A DNA stretch of 62,164 nt, the filler included. It is 15 parts of 15 records of this genome, joined end to end, with 100 filler letters (N's around TTAATTAATTAA, not from the genome) between each part and the next. Parts side by side here need not be neighbours in the genome. Positions count along the whole stretch, not along the records: positions 58,950 to 62,164 come from SRR9670534_105; 14 more parts are not named here. One strand, given 5' to 3'. Shown here piece after piece: positions 60,438-62,164 of the stretch. The notes below the pieces were generated by a model. It had not been told where the DNA came from, made no database searches, and was given only the letters and a program-made list of their open reading frames with translations. A program made the position numbers and the translations under genes. Numbering within the stretch: position 1 is the first letter of the stretch; every line of letters starts with the position of its first letter.

Positions 60438-60945
60438 ACATTGGTAGCATGAGTTACGTGATTTGCATGTAATTCGAATGAATGCTTTGACAAGTTGTAT
60501 TTATTAATAGATTATTATTAAAGCATGTATTTATTAATAATAATAAGCATTGTGTTAATTATTATTAAATGAAATTTAATATAAAAATATTATGTAATGA
60601 TATATGTCTTAATGTTATTATTGATAATGTATGTTTTGTATGTTTTCTAAATAAATAAAAATGTGTGCAAGTAAATAAGTGTCAAGTTAGTAAATAAGTA
60701 TCAAGTTATGAGTTATAGGCCAAGTTTGACAAACTTTCTCATTAATTAATAATAATGATTGTTTTCAGTAGCATATTAGATATGGCATATTTAGCTTCTT
60801 CATTTGAAAATATCCATTTTACAATAATCGTTATTATTAATGCATATCATTAATAGCATATTTCTGCCCAATGGATGTATTTATTATTAGTCAGAAGGAA
60901 ATATGTTCTAATTGGATATTTTTTACTTAACCTACGTGAGAAGTG

Positions 60946-61965
60946 ATGAATACAACAATTAGTTTTAATTTTTCCAACACTACCTTAGTCATACAATCAT
61001 CATCATCAAATGCTACCAAAATCTTACTGGTTAGTGTAATGTTGGGGATTGTTTTGAACACCTTGGTATTATGCACCATTTTTTCTAGAAGAAATCTTCG
61101 CCAAAAACCAGTGGCTGTCTTTCAAGTTAGCTTGGCATTTGCAGATTTGGTGGTAAATATCTTTTTTGGCTTAACAACTTACCTAGTTTTAACTTATCCC
61201 ATTGAGATGGCTGAAATCTTTCTGAAATACCATATCTGCAACCATGTTCAAGCTCTTGGATTTACTGCAGGAGCTTGTTATGCAAATTGTATTTTGATGA
61301 GTACCATTCACAGATTCATTGCAGTATCTTTTCCAAGTAAGCTTGATGTTTATTTTACCATCAAAAGAACTGCAGCTATGGTAGCTATTGTATTTTCTTG
61401 TATTTTTGTTCTATGTTTTGGATTGTTTTCTCAAATGGAGTATGTAAGTCAAACAATTCCTTGTGGACGCTTAGATAAACCTTATGTAGCTACCATGTTG
61501 TCTGCGTTGTTGTCATATATTCCTGTACCAAGTGTTATAATCTTCACTGGTGTTACCATTTATAAATTTATTTCTCAAAATAAAAGGGCAAAAAGAGCTG
61601 GAAATCTGCAGAATCAACGCAGACAAAATAGGTTGACTGTTATGATGCTAACAATAGCCATTGTCTTTATTGTTCTAAACTTACCAATGGCTTTAATAAG
61701 AGCAATTTGGTTCCCAGTTGCAATGGCTTCTGGAGATCCAGATAAAATAGCTGATGCTACTATTGGTGTAAATGTGGGATATCTTTTCTTTTTTTTCAAT
61801 TTTGCTGTCAATTTTATAGTATATTTGATTACTAACAAGAACTTTAGGGAAGAGTTTTTGATCATGATAAGAATAAGATCTGTATTTGGTAATGCTGTTG
61901 GTACCACCAGTAGCTCGAATCGTGGTACTCAACAAGATAGAATAGCAAATTCTGCTAACAGATGA
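60946..61965 (+). CDS. Intronless class A GPCR, tandem paralog 2
   Basis: Colinear and highly similar to 59400-60437, with the same motifs (LAFAD, HRF, LNLP, NFIVY). Confidence 0.92.
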   Translation: MNTTISFNFSNTTLVIQSSSSNATKILLVSVMLGIVLNTLVLCTIFSRRNLRQKPVAVFQVSLAFADLVVNIFFGLTTYLVLTYPIEMAEIFLKYHICNHVQALGFTAGACYANCILMSTIHRFIAVSFPSKLDVYFTIKRTAAMVAIVFSCIFVLCFGLFSQMEYVSQTIPCGRLDKPYVATMLSALLSYIPVPSVIIFTGVTIYKFISQNKRAKRAGNLQNQRRQNRLTVMMLTIAIVFIVLNLPMALIRAIWFPVAMASGDPDKIADATIGVNVGYLFFFFNFAVNFIVYLITNKNFREEFLIMIRIRSVFGNAVGTTSSSNRGTQQDRIANSANR

Positions 61966-62164
61966 ACTTTGATCATCAGCTATGAATCATAGCCTATGAT
62001 AGCATGAGTCACGTGAGTCACATGAATTGGGTGGCATTTTGATGTAAATGAATGATAATTATCATTACATTATTCATACTGTATTTATTACAACACATGT
62101 TGATATAATATATGCTATATAATAATATTATGTAATAAGTTTTGTGTTATTGTTATAATAATAT

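Overview
This is not one continuous locus. It is 15 separate contigs of a compact, AT-rich animal genome, most likely a bilaterian invertebrate, joined by 14 artificial 100-nt spacers (N44-TTAATTAATTAA-N44). The genetic code is standard, and introns are GT-AG and mostly about 50-65 nt. Recognisable genes are Tob/BTG, a CPYC glutaredoxin, GFRP (GCHFR), a 10-exon RCC1-repeat gene, partial PLC-epsilon, partial UBR1/2, a partial single-pass membrane protein, two EGF+mucin paralogs, a BTB gene plus a pseudogene, a tandem family of atypical Rab-like GTPases, NAA15, XRRA1, SET8/KMT5A, PRMT5, NELF-C/D, a calmodulin-like gene and two intronless class A GPCRs. A decayed LINE and several DNA-transposon/MITE ends are also present. 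The strongest leads are: (1) SET8-PRMT5-NELFCD packed head-to-tail with 265- and 108-nt gaps and apparently donor-less splice acceptors, suggesting an SL trans-spliced operon; (2) CpG-free transposon contigs beside CpG-retaining housekeeping genes, suggesting TE-targeted methylation; (3) a structured, Pol III-like or hammerhead-like RNA candidate and a co-oriented CTCF-like motif cluster in UBR introns; (4) Rab paralogs lacking the switch I Thr and switch II Gln; (5) an enhancer-like block with consensus Gli, CSL, TCF and Hox/Pbx sites. Exon models were built by eye and homology calls come from remembered motifs, not database searches.
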